Position numbers and translations under genes: made by a program. 64,000 nt of DNA from Acanthaster planci (taxonomy: Eukaryota): positions 2,722,535 through 2,786,534 of the forward strand of contig NW_019091358.1 of assembly GCF_001949145.1 (NCBI RefSeq), in the 5' to 3' direction. The first letter of the stretch is position 1, and each line of letters opens with the position of its first letter. Positions 36,025 to 53,303 of the stretch are shown in pieces. The notes beneath the pieces were generated by a model. That model worked only from the letters and a program-made list of their open reading frames with translations. It searched no databases and was not told where the DNA came from.

Positions 36025-39000
36025 CTACTCTGGGGGAGCGTCCTTCTTGACTCCAATACTGAAATCCTCAGCTAGTTTTGTGAATATAACTTGTATGACT
36101 TTCAAAATTGTAGCATGGAGTGCGTACTGTAGTAAGAGGGCGCCAAAGCCCTTGTACAATCCTGAAGTCCCCTCATCGGCCATGATTGCCGTCCAGCAGT
36201 CCAGCATGCCCTCATAGCGCGTGCTTACGGGTATCACCCCATAGCCGTGGTCGGTGTTGTCAATTATCGTCCTCGTTCCCTGCAGGTGCAGCCTAACGGT
36301 GACTGTCTCGAGTGGGTACAGCAGGGCGTCGGCGAACAGGTTCCCTGCAAATTTGGCAAGGAGTTCCGGGAAGTACTCTTCCATGACGCTCCTCGGGATG
36401 GGGAGGGGCTCTCCCTCGGGGCGGTCCGTCGGGTGACCCGCCTCGCGGGCGCGGCGCATGACCTGCAACAGGACGAACTGGACTATGGAGGAGAGGATGT
36501 ACTTGAGGAGGGAGTGGAGCACAGTAGGGAGCAGCAGGGTGTACATCGGCAGGAGGTTGGAGGTCTGGGGCACGCCCCAGCCCAGCAGGCGGTACAGACC
36601 CTCCTTAATGCAGTCGAAGACTCCTGGCCGCTCACTGGCTATGTCACTCTGGAGGGATGGACAAGACGTGTTGCATGATATTGGCAAATGGTCCCACAGT
36701 GCTTTGCACGTCTACACATGGTAAAGCTTTGTTCAAATCATTTGGCATGGAAACATTCTGCAGCCACCAGCGAAAGGCATTTCTGACCATAACCAAGTAA
36801 TTCAGATGTGGCCTGGTTTGGGCCAAAAAGCTCCTTCAATTGAAAAAAATTTGCAACAGCAAATTTGCAGGGAACTAAGGGGTATCATGTTACATCTTAG
36901 GCAGAAGACATTTCACCATGGGGTACAGCAGACAAGCCCCAAAGGCCAACTTCATTCGCTTACTCTTCTACTTAAATTTAGGATTTTGAAGGTTGAAGGA
37001 AGGTCATTGTATGGAGCATTGAAGGCCTACGGTCAAAGAATGTACCACTCGTTTCCTGCAGAGAGGATCATTTTGGAAGGACTCCTCAAGACAGTTCCCC
37101 AAAACAGTACCTAGAGAGCTGAGGTTAATCAAAACTGGAGGCAGAGGGCCACTTCAGAAAGGGGTCAGGTCATGGTATTTTGATGAGTTATGCTGTCAAT
37201 GTGCACTGATTTACCTGAACGATTTCTACAAGACTAGCTGAGACGAATGGCATGGTGATGGCTGCACTGATGGCCTTCAGTGTTAGATGCCCACACAGCT
37301 GCTTAATGGTGCTATACACATGGATTTCTCTGCCACAAATATTTATGAAATAAAAATGTAAAACGGCATTTCTGATAACAAAAGCCTTGTTTACTTTTCA
37401 AGATATAGAGAAGCAGTCATTATTCTTTAATGTTAAAAACTTTGTACAAAATCTTCTGTATGGATCAATGTACATGTAGTTCACATTTAAATTACAGGTA
37501 CAAATGTATTTCACATTTTTAAGTCGGTGTACTCTAACATTTGTTCGCAAAGGAAAACTCATAGCCACACAGTGCACACTGTACTTGCACTTCTGCTGTG
37601 TAACAGTAATTTCAATGACTTGAAAGTTGTGTTGTGAATCAAAAGGCTCACTTCATTATGAATATTCCATACGGGCAAAAATGCTCCAAATGCTGAAGTT
37701 TTGAGCTAGAAAGTTAGACATTTCCTGATGTGTTACTGTGTTAAAACTCTGTCATACTTTGCAAGTGGTGAGACCTCACTGATGACCGTCTCACTGCCCA
37801 GACCGATACCCTGAACCACAAAGGCACTACCAAGGCCCTTCCACATGGTAGCTATGCCCTGCCAAAGATAAAAATGAGAGCTCTCTGAGATCATCTCTTT
37901 GGGGTGAACTGAGAGCAGGTCGGCTTTAAGATATCACGCACGCCACTGGAATGTCAGGACAAAAAGAGAGAGGAACTTCAAGGAGTTACAAGAGCAGTAC
38001 AAGACTTTGAATCATATTTTTCAATTTCTTATGGCATACATCGGCATCTATTTTGACAAAATTAACGGAAAGAATTCCATATAGGGATGCCACTAATTTT
38101 TCCCTGCAGTGACTTACCAGCCATCTGAAAGCAATAAAATGTCCTCATAAACAAGTCAAATTTGGCACTGAAAACATTGAGGTATTCACTTAGAAAACAC
38201 CTACAATTTTTTAGATCAGTCTCATAGGGTTTGCCTGTAACATCCGTCTTACAGTAAGTTCTGGCCATTTTTGGAGCGATGTATGGACTTGCTTTTAAGT
38301 GTCTGATCTGAAAAAAATTCTTCACAGAATTCCCTGTTCATGAGCTTGCCTTGGTCCTGCTATGCTCCCTAATGCAGCAGGCTCATTTTGAGTGTTCCGA
38401 TCAGGAAATAACTGTCTTTCCCTAGGCTAATCTCAGTAAAAAACAAAGTGCTTTTCTAATACAAACAGTGCATACCTGGTGTCTCTGGAGGTTGACAATC
38501 ACTTGCACCACTGAAAAGGGCTGTAGATGATATCGGTATGCATGATGGTTAACCTGTAGCCCCAAAATTAAAAAAGCAAGTGGGGCATTGTTTCATTGTC
38601 CAAAAATCTTGACAACACTTTAACTATTGATTTTAAGAGAATTAACAAAAATGTAACAACTTTCTGTAATCGCTTTCTTGCAGGGTTTTTTTCCATGGAG
38701 ATGCTAAGCACACACATGTAATTTTTTTAAGCACAGAAATCTTTCACTCTGCAAAACAAAAATCAGTTAAACCAGTTACAAGCCACAAAGCTGTGCAGTA
38801 CATCTTCCTTATGCCCGAGTTTCCGGCTGATTCCTGGCTTGACACTTTAAAACTGGTGCCTGGCAATACTTTCTACTCAAAAGCTCTGAGAAATGGGGCC
38901 CAGATTTTGTGGACACATTTACTGTAAAGTAAAAGATAGGGCGCCAGACTGAAGAATCATGTCATATATTGTGATATACCTGACACTGTCGTCTGAAGAC

Positions 39001-39818
39001 TATGAAAGGATGAGACAAGACGTTCTCTGTGAGTAAGGTAGCAATGCCAAGACCAAGGCCTGCAAATCTCTGTATAATCTCTGAATCAAAAAAGAAATTG
39101 ATAAATTAAAATACACATAAAAATCGTCAATGTGCTTGTGCCAACACAGCATGCCGTGATGTTGTCAAATCGCTATTTGAGGTCAAATCGCTATTTGCGG
39201 AAAGACGGCAGTTTCGAGCTCGTGGACAAGAGCGTTTCCGATTTGACATATTTGAAGGGGAAATTTCTCTTTTCTTCCCATATGTGAGTGAACTACATTA
39301 TCATTATTGGAATACCCATTTCTCACTTAATCCATAGATGGGTGCATTAGACTTTTTAGAGGTGAATTCAGAGGATTTAGAGTAGGGGTACGAGCTATTT
39401 TGAGTGAAATAAATTAGGCCCTAATGCCAGCAAAAGCCATGGGGTACTTGGACCCTACTATCGCCTGACCACACCCAAATGTAAAAAAAATGCGATTTGT
39501 AGGGTCCAAGTTACTCAGACTACATGTAGCCCTAGCCCAGGTGGGCTCCCTGACCGTACTACGTGAAATGAAGACAACGTCCAACCATGATGTAGCCCAT
39601 AGTGTTAGTATATATGGCAGACACGAGTGTGTAACCTATGCATGGTCCAGCAACATGAGTTCAAAAGTGCTAGCCTAGCCAAAACACGCACCCGTCTGCT
39701 CTTGCTTTGGTGCCGCATTCTCCATTTCTGTCACCAGCTTCTCCTGTGCCCCAGACATTTGAGTCTTGGGTCTCACTGCGCGCTCTTCATTCCCACCAAA
39801 AATGTCTCTATGGGCCAT
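36025..39818 (-). CDS. SLC25A46: Mitochondrial outer-membrane carrier-family protein SLC25A46 (about 381 aa, 6 coding exons)
   Basis: Exons (minus strand): 39818-39692, 39080-38980 ([31 protein letters not shown]), 38553-38476 ([13 protein letters not shown]), 37858-37758 ([13 protein letters not shown]), 37329-37215, 36648-36025 ([39 protein letters not shown]). All GT-AG, frame consistent. An in-frame ATG at 39833 is an alternative start. Confidence 0.95.
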
Positions 39819-40097
39819 TTTATCGCTGAGCATTGCACAGGAAACTCTGCGACCCGACTCGCATGATCATCATCGCTTGGCTAGGCTAGGGGCTCTCGAC
39901 GTTCCCATTTATAGCCCAATAAATCGCCCAAAATTCGTCAAAACATTTAATCAAAGCGCCCGTTTTGTCACTTCGATCAAGCCCAAAAAGGCTATAAAAT
40001 CTCATCTTTGCCGAGTGGAGTTGAGAAATCGAGTCGCAAGCAGCAAACGAACTAACGAGGAGTATTGTGGGAAAATATCACTCAGAACCCGGCAAAA
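39819..40097. promoter_or_regulatory. Bidirectional promoter/5'UTRs shared by SLC25A46 and PSMA4
   Basis: Divergent start codons only about 280 bp apart; CpG-rich; CCAAT at about 39916. Confidence 0.75.
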
Positions 40098-44698
<4,601 letters not shown>

Positions 44699-45871
44699 CG
44701 TCCCTCCATTCCCCCCTTGATCTCAGTGACCCGTTCCAGCTTCTCCATGCACATGTAGTTGACAATTTTTATGACTTGACTTGCGACTTCATTTCACTCT
44801 ATTGACTGCCTGGCACCTGAAAGTTTCAATCGTAGCCAGCACTCTACGCTACAGACCTCAACCAACAAGGACTTGCTGTGAAACACTTGGATAAGTCATC
44901 ACATAAAAGCTGTCATTCTCCAGCACTGACATAAATCCTGGTTTATTTGGTTATCTTTGTGAAGCTATTTTATTGCACCAAACAGCCCTCCGCCAACATG
45001 AATCCCACATTTAAATCATATTCCACATGGATAACTTTTTACAGTAAAATCAACTTTTCAAAATCAGTGCACATGCTTGAGGCAATGGTACAGTTTTGAC
45101 TCAAATTCTCCTGAAGTTTATAACCTAATTATTCTAATTCACGCTATGAAAGTCCGTCACTTAAAAAGTGGTTAATAAAAGTGATAATTTGAGTGTATTT
45201 CAGTCTAATAGCAATGTGCAACATTTTCTATGTGTAGGGTTTAGACTGGTGTTTGTCCTTCATCGGTGGAGAAATATAAAATTCCACTGGTTGTGAGAGG
45301 TAGTAGTTTGCATTATTGTGTTATTTTTGTTTGATAGTTGGACTAACATTTTAGTCTCAGTAAATTTTTGTTTAAACAACTTTTTTGTACTTATGGTATT
45401 CAGTACAGAAAAAGGGAAGCTTAATTTGACATGGTTGACAAGCACTTTCATACCCATATGGGTTTCTCAAACACACAAAAACACAGAAAATAAAAATTAA
45501 TAAAAGGTAATTAGATGTGCCCCTATATGTCATGTCCTGTATAAAGCAGGCTTCTTGAAAAGAACACTGATTGGCTTATGGTCGTTTGATTGGTTTTCTG
45601 AAGTGGCAATGTATGCGTCCCTGTGCCATCTTGCAAAAGCCCCACGATTTGCTGTTATGAAGTGTGCCACCACATTTGAGCTGGTGCTTTGGCTCGTCAG
45701 CAGCAGCATCTGTCAGATTAGTGGGTCATCAGTCTATTCCATCAGGCTTTGGACCGACCACTCACACTTTTTCTGTGTCTTTTTATGCCTTTTTTATTAT
45801 TAGGGCCTACTATCATTGAATTCACTCCTGTACTTGAGCCTTTGACTCATGGACCAATTACCATAGACATA

Positions 45872-45994
45872 TGCTAAGGCCATGTGTTGTGGCTTGAAAT
45901 TTTGCACAAGTCTACGGTAGTGGCTGCAGCCAATTCCTATAGAAGTCTGTGCAATTTCAAGCCAAAGCGAAGTAACTTTGACATGGCCTTAGCA
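45872..45994. mobile_element. Small palindromic MITE
   Basis: TGCTAAGGCCATGT...ACATGGCCTTAGCA ends plus an inner inverted pair GGCTTGAAAT..GCACA / TGTGCAATTTCAAGCC. Confidence 0.65.
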
Positions 45995-46728
45995 AAAAAA
46001 GGATTTGTTCAGCAAATGCCATTCATGGTGTATTTATTGTGACTGGTTCCCGGCTGATTTTTAATCTGCACAAGAAATTTGCTGAGCAACATTTCCTGCA
46101 GAGCTGTTCTGTTAAATTGGGCTACACGACTCCCCATTACAACCATACAGTTTAAAGCTGCTCACTCCTCGTATCCACATACGCTGACCCCAGGGCTCGA
46201 GTGTCTTCTCAAGCACTGCACTTTAGGACTGTGGTCCTTACTTCCATCCAGGTTTCCAACAACTGTAAACATCTTTTACACCGAATCCATTGTCTTCTTT
46301 TCCCTTTTTTTCTCTCGCTCGTCTTTCTTGTGGACCTTACCCCTAGTAGCATTTTTTTACCTTGTAATGAGAGTTAATAGAGGTACAAAATTGTTTGAAT
46401 TTCTGTTGATCCGCAAATGGTCTTTACAAAAAGCCCTGTCTCCTAATGTACCAGCTTCTCGCCAGGAAAAAATTGCCAAACTTTTCACTGAACAAGCTAA
46501 TAATGTTTATGACAGAACTTACTCGGACTTTCCATTCAGCAAATATACTGTTTAAAAAAATCTGTGAAAAAAGACAAACTTTCCATTGAACCAGCAAACA
46601 GTCAAATTTTGCCCAACTTTCCACAGAGCTGCTAACGGTCGTGATATAAATTGTCCAAATTTCCATAGAGCAAATTTTTATAACATTAAACCTCAGTTAG
46701 TGGACTCCACATGATTGTGTAAAACGTT

Positions 46729-46784
46729 TAACAGTATTTCCTGGCCGTTTAATAGCTAACAGTATTTCCTGGCCGTTTAATAGC
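46729..46784 (+). repeat. 28-bp perfect tandem duplication
   Basis: TAACAGTATTTCCTGGCCGTTTAATAGC x2. Confidence 0.9.
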
Positions 46785-46848
46785 TACCTAGAAAGTTAAG
46801 GTAAACGTTTCATGAAAGTTATGTGGCCCATTGGAAGATTAGGTGAAT

Positions 46849-47017
46849 GTTCCACGGCAACGCGTTAGCCGGATAAATGGGACTTTAAGGGGTTGTCTTC
46901 GTTTTGTTTTTTCATTGTCACAGAGACAACGATATTAAAGGAAGCCGTGTTTGCTTTCCGAAAATGGTAAAAATGATGACAGTACAAAGGGGACTTTCAT
47001 GACTGTTACCGAGCAAC
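46849..47017. promoter_or_regulatory. Cluster of three RFX X-box-like palindromes upstream of SAXO
   Basis: GTTCCACGGCAAC (46849-46861), GTCACAGAGACAAC (46917-46930), GTTACCGAGCAAC (47005-47017); about 1 kb upstream of a ciliary gene. Confidence 0.55.
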
Positions 47018-47991
47018 CAATATTCATGCATTTCTAGAGGTAGATTCTCGAGGCGATATCTCAAGTTGCTTTCACGCAATCAACCCCTCATGGAATTTCT
47101 TCCCGTTGAAATATTATATCTAAAAACTATGTTTCACGTGACAGCTCTGTGCTCTGCCCTTTAGTATTAGTGGCTGACGTTCCATACGGAGGTATACTCA
47201 AATATCTCTAAATGTGAATCTATAAGACTGCTAGTACTTGGATCAAATGAAAAGACTTCCATGGTGGTTTCTCTTATTCGGTTAGGTGTCGGGAGCTAAA
47301 TGGCTACAAATGTTGCACCGCCAAATCGACGGAAGCGAACCAACTAACTGTGGCATGTGGAGGAACACAAACACACGAACTGAAGTCGGGGTTTAAAAAT
47401 GGCCGCGTTACTAGTACATGCACGGGTTGGCCCGATAATGGAACGGCCTGAAGGATAAACATGGAGAAAATACACAGAACCATGATAAGAATATCAAAAA
47501 TACATCTGGAATTGGATTTAGTATCACAATATCATTGTTTTTATAATCCTCCATGGTGTCATATTCTGTTTTAGTCAAGCCAGCCAGTATCGTATTTATT
47601 GTGTATTGAAAACCTCTTTTGTAAAATGAAACGGACCATATTAGCAATCAATCTTATATGTAAATAAGCTGTCGTAAATATCAAACGTATCCACCCGGCC
47701 GTGCACAGTTGCATGCTAATTGCCGAAAACGAGTCAGGTTGTTTGACCCCGTAACTCCGCCTACTTAGTTAATATTTATTTACGTCGTTGGCTTGACGAC
47801 GAGCCGGTGTTGATTTCCCTCGCATCGCTTTCGCGTCGTCAGCTAGAAACACATGGCAGGCAAGTGAAGCGGTTTGTGTCAGTGCCAGCGGAAATTTGCT
47901 TGAGTTTGGAGAATATCGAAAGAAATTTGCTCATTTTTGCAAAAAAGAAGTACCAAGTTGGTCCTGTCTAGCCGGGACCACCAAGTCCAAG

Positions 47992-50900
47992 ATGACAAGA
48001 CAGTGTATTTGCCAGATTTGCACTTGCGGGTAAGCATGGCAGTAAGTAAGTAGTTTACTAGTACTACTAGTAAACTACTTACTTACTAATACTAGTAAAA
48101 TACTACTTAAATGTATAACTCTGGTGTTAATTAGCCTCTAGACGAGCGGCTAAATGAAATACTAAATAGATGTAGACCTAATCCAACAATACCCGTAACG
48201 TGTGTTCAAAACTTGAAAGTTGTTGCCAAGTAGCCCTGCATGCGCTTACTTTTAAGTGATTTCTTTTGAAATATAAACTGTTGGACCCAAACCTTTGAGT
48301 TGGCAGAATTTCTGTTTGTGTTTCTTAGAAAAAGAAATAGCCAAGGCATAAGTCATTAAAAAATTGATCCAGGGCCTAATAATCATTAATGAAAGCGTCG
48401 CGCACACAAATGCTCAGCTTGTTTGGACCACAGTATATCTATATTGTTAATGAACATTTCATGAAACAAATTTATTCACCGTGTAATTCTTTTATAACCA
48501 ACATTTGTAAAACAGAAAAGCTAAGATGGTTGCTTGAGGCTTTTTCCTGTAAATGGTAGAGTAGAGAGCTGCAGGCCTAAGGCAAATTAAAAAAAATAAA
48601 CAGGCCTACCGGTAAATAATTTGTTTTAAGTGTCCCAGCCTGCTTGTTTTTGGTAGCCTTTTATTTTTCAAATTTTCACCACAGGCAAAACGGAGATGAA
48701 AGAAATAAAATTATCAGAAACGCGTCTGAAAATCAAAATTACTTGCCAGTTGGATCTTCTAATCGTACACTCTGCTGGTCATTGCACATTACAGACCAAC
48801 ATTCAACCATGTAGTCTCCAAGCATGCCTTCCTACCAGTACATGACATTGTATAACCATGTCCAGATTTCTTGGAAGCAGCTGTGGTTTCGATTTTCTAT
48901 GAAACCATGTGACAAACTTACCAAAAGCTATTAAAATACCAACAGTTTATAATTTTCTTATCCAGTAATTCAGTCACTTTTAAGCAGAAATGCTAACAGT
49001 TGTTGAAAATATTACAAAAATAGCAGCCATCCTGAAAATGTAAACTAAAAAGCCTTATCTCTTTTTCTCTCAAGATTCGGCCAAGAATCCAGATACTAAA
49101 TACATGTATGTTTACACTTTACACTTGGCCTTGTGTACAAAGTTACCATACTTCTGATCACACTTGAAATGTGTTCATGAGGCAGAGCTGTTTGAATTAA
49201 CACTGAGCATGTATAGTTTGAAATATACATGTATCAGGTATGTGCTTTTTTTCTTCAAGGTACTGGTAATCTTGTGGAACGGAAAGTCCAAACAAGAACT
49301 GAATTGAAAAGTTTAAATTAAAAATGAATCTGTATTTGGGTACCATGGTGACAGCCAAGGGTAGATCAACACATAGCAATTTTTTTTGTTCTCCACAGAA
49401 TACTGAAGGGAATACCAGTAAGTCACGTGCACAATTATGTGTGTAAAAAGGCATTAGCTCTGGGACCACTTCATTCATTTTGCACTTCACTTCCAGGTCC
49501 AAATGACATCACACTTCAGTATTCTGTTCTTTGTAAAGAGTTTGTTACACAAAGTGTGAATCCAAAATCGTCATGTACATTGTAAGAACTGCTCCCATTA
49601 AACTATATCGAGTACAAGGGTTAACATCGCAAGATAACTTGGGGGTTTTGTCTGGCTCATTTTAATGTATGAATGGCAGAGATTCCTATCATAGTTCTTG
49701 ACCTTTCAACTTCGTAGTTCAAAGATCAGGTGATGGTGACTTCTAAATCAAAATCAATTTCTTCCACCCCACTGTTGTGTATTAATGGATTCCTGAATGG
49801 TTTTAAAGGGACTATGCAATACTGTTTTTCAATCATAACCCTCCAAATGCACCTTTATGTTTCAATTATGTTCTGTTGATTTGTGCACTAAAACTGCTGG
49901 AGTTTTTAATGCTTACTTGAAGTTACTTCCCTGTTTTTCTTTTCCTTGGTGTGATGCACTGATGTGTACAAAAGTACATGGCAATAAGCCAATCAGCAAC
50001 CCTTTCTTAGATGTATGCTTTCAGGAAACAAATTTTCAGTAAACAAATCGCAGCAACGGCACCCCTGGTCATCCAGAAAAGCGTCTATATTTTTAAAAAA
50101 GTGCCAGTTTCAACACATGTAATCCATAAAGGATGTCAAACACCAATAGGTTCACTCATGTACGTCAAAAAAGGATTATGGTGCAAAAAAGAAAACCTCA
50201 AAACATGGACTGCTTGAAGTTTGACTGGGATTTGTAATACAGACCAAAGATTGATTTAACGATGTACATGATATACCAGTATACACGTAATAGAATCCTA
50301 TAGTTTTATATTGATCAGATTTCTGTTGTAAGAAATGGCATTGACCAATAGTATTGACCAACAGGGTCCCAAACTCTAGTAATAAAGCTGGAGGGAGAAT
50401 CTGTGAGTATGATTTTCACAGGTTTGCAATACAGGTCTGTATGTCTTGCACTGGGATGGCAAGGATTGTTCACTGAAAAATTTGCTCAAGAAACCAACTC
50501 AATTATAATTGAAGCAACTCATGTACCCCCAATTAGTATTTTATAACACTTAAAATTGAACACTTTAATCTTGAAAGTAATTTTTCCCCCTCAAATTTCA
50601 CATAAAAGTAACTTGCATGGGAATTAAAACCACTATTTGTCAGGTTGTGCTGACACATACAGCATCGATAGAAATTCTGTGCGTAAAGAGGATAATCGGA
50701 TTATTCAAGCAGGTCTTTATATTCCTCATTACTGCAGTTCATTTAGGTTTTGGTGAGCCCAATCAATATCCAGGAAATTGTGGTATGGCTCATTATTTTT
50801 CAGCTGTTACTGCTGTTACCCCGGCAACGCCTGACCGTGAAGGATGAATTTTGTAGTTGCGTATCAATAATGAACTGCGATGGCATCACCGTGGCAACCG

Positions 50901-53303
50901 TTTTGTTGATGCAGCGGCTGTGCGTGCTGTTTTCAATTTGGATGATAAAATAAAATGCATAAAGTGTATCCCGTCGTCTTTCTAGATATCCTCTGTGCAA
51001 AAGTATTTGTATTAAGTACTCACAAACTTATGTATTACTCATAAAACGTGAAATTTGTGAAATTGCAATGATCACCTTTGCTGACCTTTCTCTTATAAAG
51101 TTTCTCATTTTCCAGCAAGTACAAATTATATGCCATCGTATGAACCCTTTTTTATTGCAGTATTTTTCTATGATGGGGATGTTTTGAAGGGAAATCAAGG
51201 TTTCCCCATCAGTTGTTTCCCTTAGAATATTCAGCTGCTTTGTGTGTTTTTTAATTTTTAACAAATTTTCATTTGTCTTTCTGTCTATTCAGGCGTCATC
51301 GATGCCCGCACAGACCCCAGGCCCCAGTCAGCAAGGGACCATGTGTCCTGTCAGAGTACACCAACAAGTACAAGCCATACCCAGGCAACCTGATGCGGGA
51401 CAGCTTCAAGCCCAAGGAGCAGATGATCCAAGGGACAGGCAACATGTCGGATGCCACCACTCACAGGTAAGGGAATCCTCTTCAATCCCCATCCCAACCC
51501 CCCATGGCACCTCCACCCAATCTCCCTAACCCTAGTCTACACACCAACTTCCAACTCTCAGTACACAGTTTAAGGATAGCCAACGTGTTCATGAACTCTA
51601 ATGTACATGTACATTACTTTTTTAAATATGCACGCATATAAGCTGTGCATTTTACATGGACACATGGTGTTCCTTAGTTATAGAGCCCCACACATGCTGT
51701 GCTATGGTACTTGTGAGGACCCAGGACATTTGAAGGGACACCAAAGTCCTCACAGTCTGGTCGAAAATTTTCAAAAAGAAAACTTCTCTACTACTTTGAA
51801 CAAATATACTGACCAGTTTTCAGTATTTTCTGAGATTACCTTTTGTAAAAAGATACCTGTGGCAAGATTAAATGTAAAAAATGTGTGGATTCCCTTCAAT
51901 TCTTTACAAAGCTGTTTATTTGTCCAGGATTTAACAGGGTTCCTCATATACAGACCTGGCAGTGTTTTGTACTTGTTATTGCAGAGTGGATTACATCCCC
52001 CGTGAGGTGAACCGACCTGCCATACACCAACCGGAAACCTATCGAAAACCTGACGGCGACATTGACCATTTGACCTCATACACCAAAGACTACCCAGGTC
52101 ACAAGTCGGAGCCCGTCAAGAGTTTCCGTGGTGACCACATCAGACATGTGCCCTCAGGAGAATTCCGCGGGAACCCAACATATACAGGTGAGTTCATACG
52201 TGTATATTTAAGTTGCTCCGTTATTTGTTCAGCTGTTTTGTACTCAAGTGGAATGTTTCTTCTTTTTATCACGCTAAATTGATTTATTTTCACTGTTTGC
52301 AGATGACTATCGCAGGTGGAGTTTACCGACTAGAGATCAAGGCAAAGCATACCACTCATATATTCCTCCATCGGCTCCTTTTGATGGCCTGTCCACCTTT
52401 GCCCGAGATTTCCAGCCTAAAAAGGTTGATCTCCGTCAGAGTCTACGGCCGGCTGAGAACACACAACGATCTGATGCACCATTTGAAGACAAGACAAGCC
52501 ACAAGGTATCCTACATCCCCCACGCCCCACAAGCCAGGCATGTGCGCCTGCAGGAGCCTTACAAGAGGAGCCCGCACAAGTTTGACGGCTTGACCACGTT
52601 CCAGCGCGACTTCACCGCCAAGGATGCTCACCGATCAGACAACTTCAAACCCGACGCAACACCCATGAAGTCCGACCAGCCCTTTGAAGACAGCACGACC
52701 TTCAGGTCCGACTACAAGAAGTGGGACAGCGAGCCCATACAGGTCCACGTCCCTGAGACATACCAGAAACCTGCAGGCGACATGGATCTGTATACGACAA
52801 ACAAGCTGGCCTACCAGCCGCACAAGATCAGGCCGGCCTCAGCTAGGCGTCCGGTCTCCCAAGGGCGCAAGACAGACGTACCATTTGATGATCGCACCAA
52901 CTACAATTCCGATTTCCGCAAGTGGAACAGCAAGCCCGAGCGGCGAGGGGACCCATCCCAGCGACCCTACGAGAGACCAGAGATCCCGTTTGAGGGCTCG
53001 ACCAACTACCGCGCGCACTACATCCCGAAGCACGCCATGCCAGCGAAGAGCATGGGTCCGGATCGCACCGCCCGCCAGAGCAGCGACCCATTTGATGACC
53101 GTACTTTCTACAAACTGGACTTTACTGCAAAGGAAATGACACCTTGCCCGGCCATCAACCTCCCTGCCAGTGGGTACGTGTTCAGCCAGACTGATCAGAG
53201 GGGGCACGAGATGTGGGTGAAGAACGCCTGGACTGGGGAGACAGAGCGAGTGATGAAGACTCCACCCCAGCAAATCAGCCTTGAACAGGCAACTTACGCA
53301 TGA
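47992..53303 (+). CDS. SAXO1/2: Stabilizer of axonemal microtubules SAXO1/2 (FAM154)-family protein, about 471 aa
   Basis: Exons 47992-48029 (MTRQCICQICTCG), 51293-51466 (RHRCPH..SEYTNKY), 51985-52187, 52303-53303. N-terminal CxCxxCxCGRHxC motif followed by repeated Mn-type modules (PFDGLSTFARDF, PFEDSTTFRSDY, PFDDRTNYNSDF, PFEGSTNYRAHY). AATAAA at 53981. Confidence 0.92.
48041..48087. repeat. Perfect 23-bp-arm palindrome at the start of SAXO intron 1
   Basis: AGTAAGTAAGTAGTTTACTAGTA-C-TACTAGTAAACTACTTACTTACT. Confidence 0.9.
50815..50898. promoter_or_regulatory. Two X-box-like sites in SAXO intron 1
   Basis: GTTACCCCGGCAAC (50815-50828) and ATCACCGTGGCAAC (50885-50898). Confidence 0.5.

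Noticed and set aside
36247..36724. Plus-strand ORFs overlapping the last SLC25A46 exon (also those antisense to SAXO exon 4 and the SNX27 PX exon)
   Set aside because: Antisense shadows of GC-rich coding sequence.
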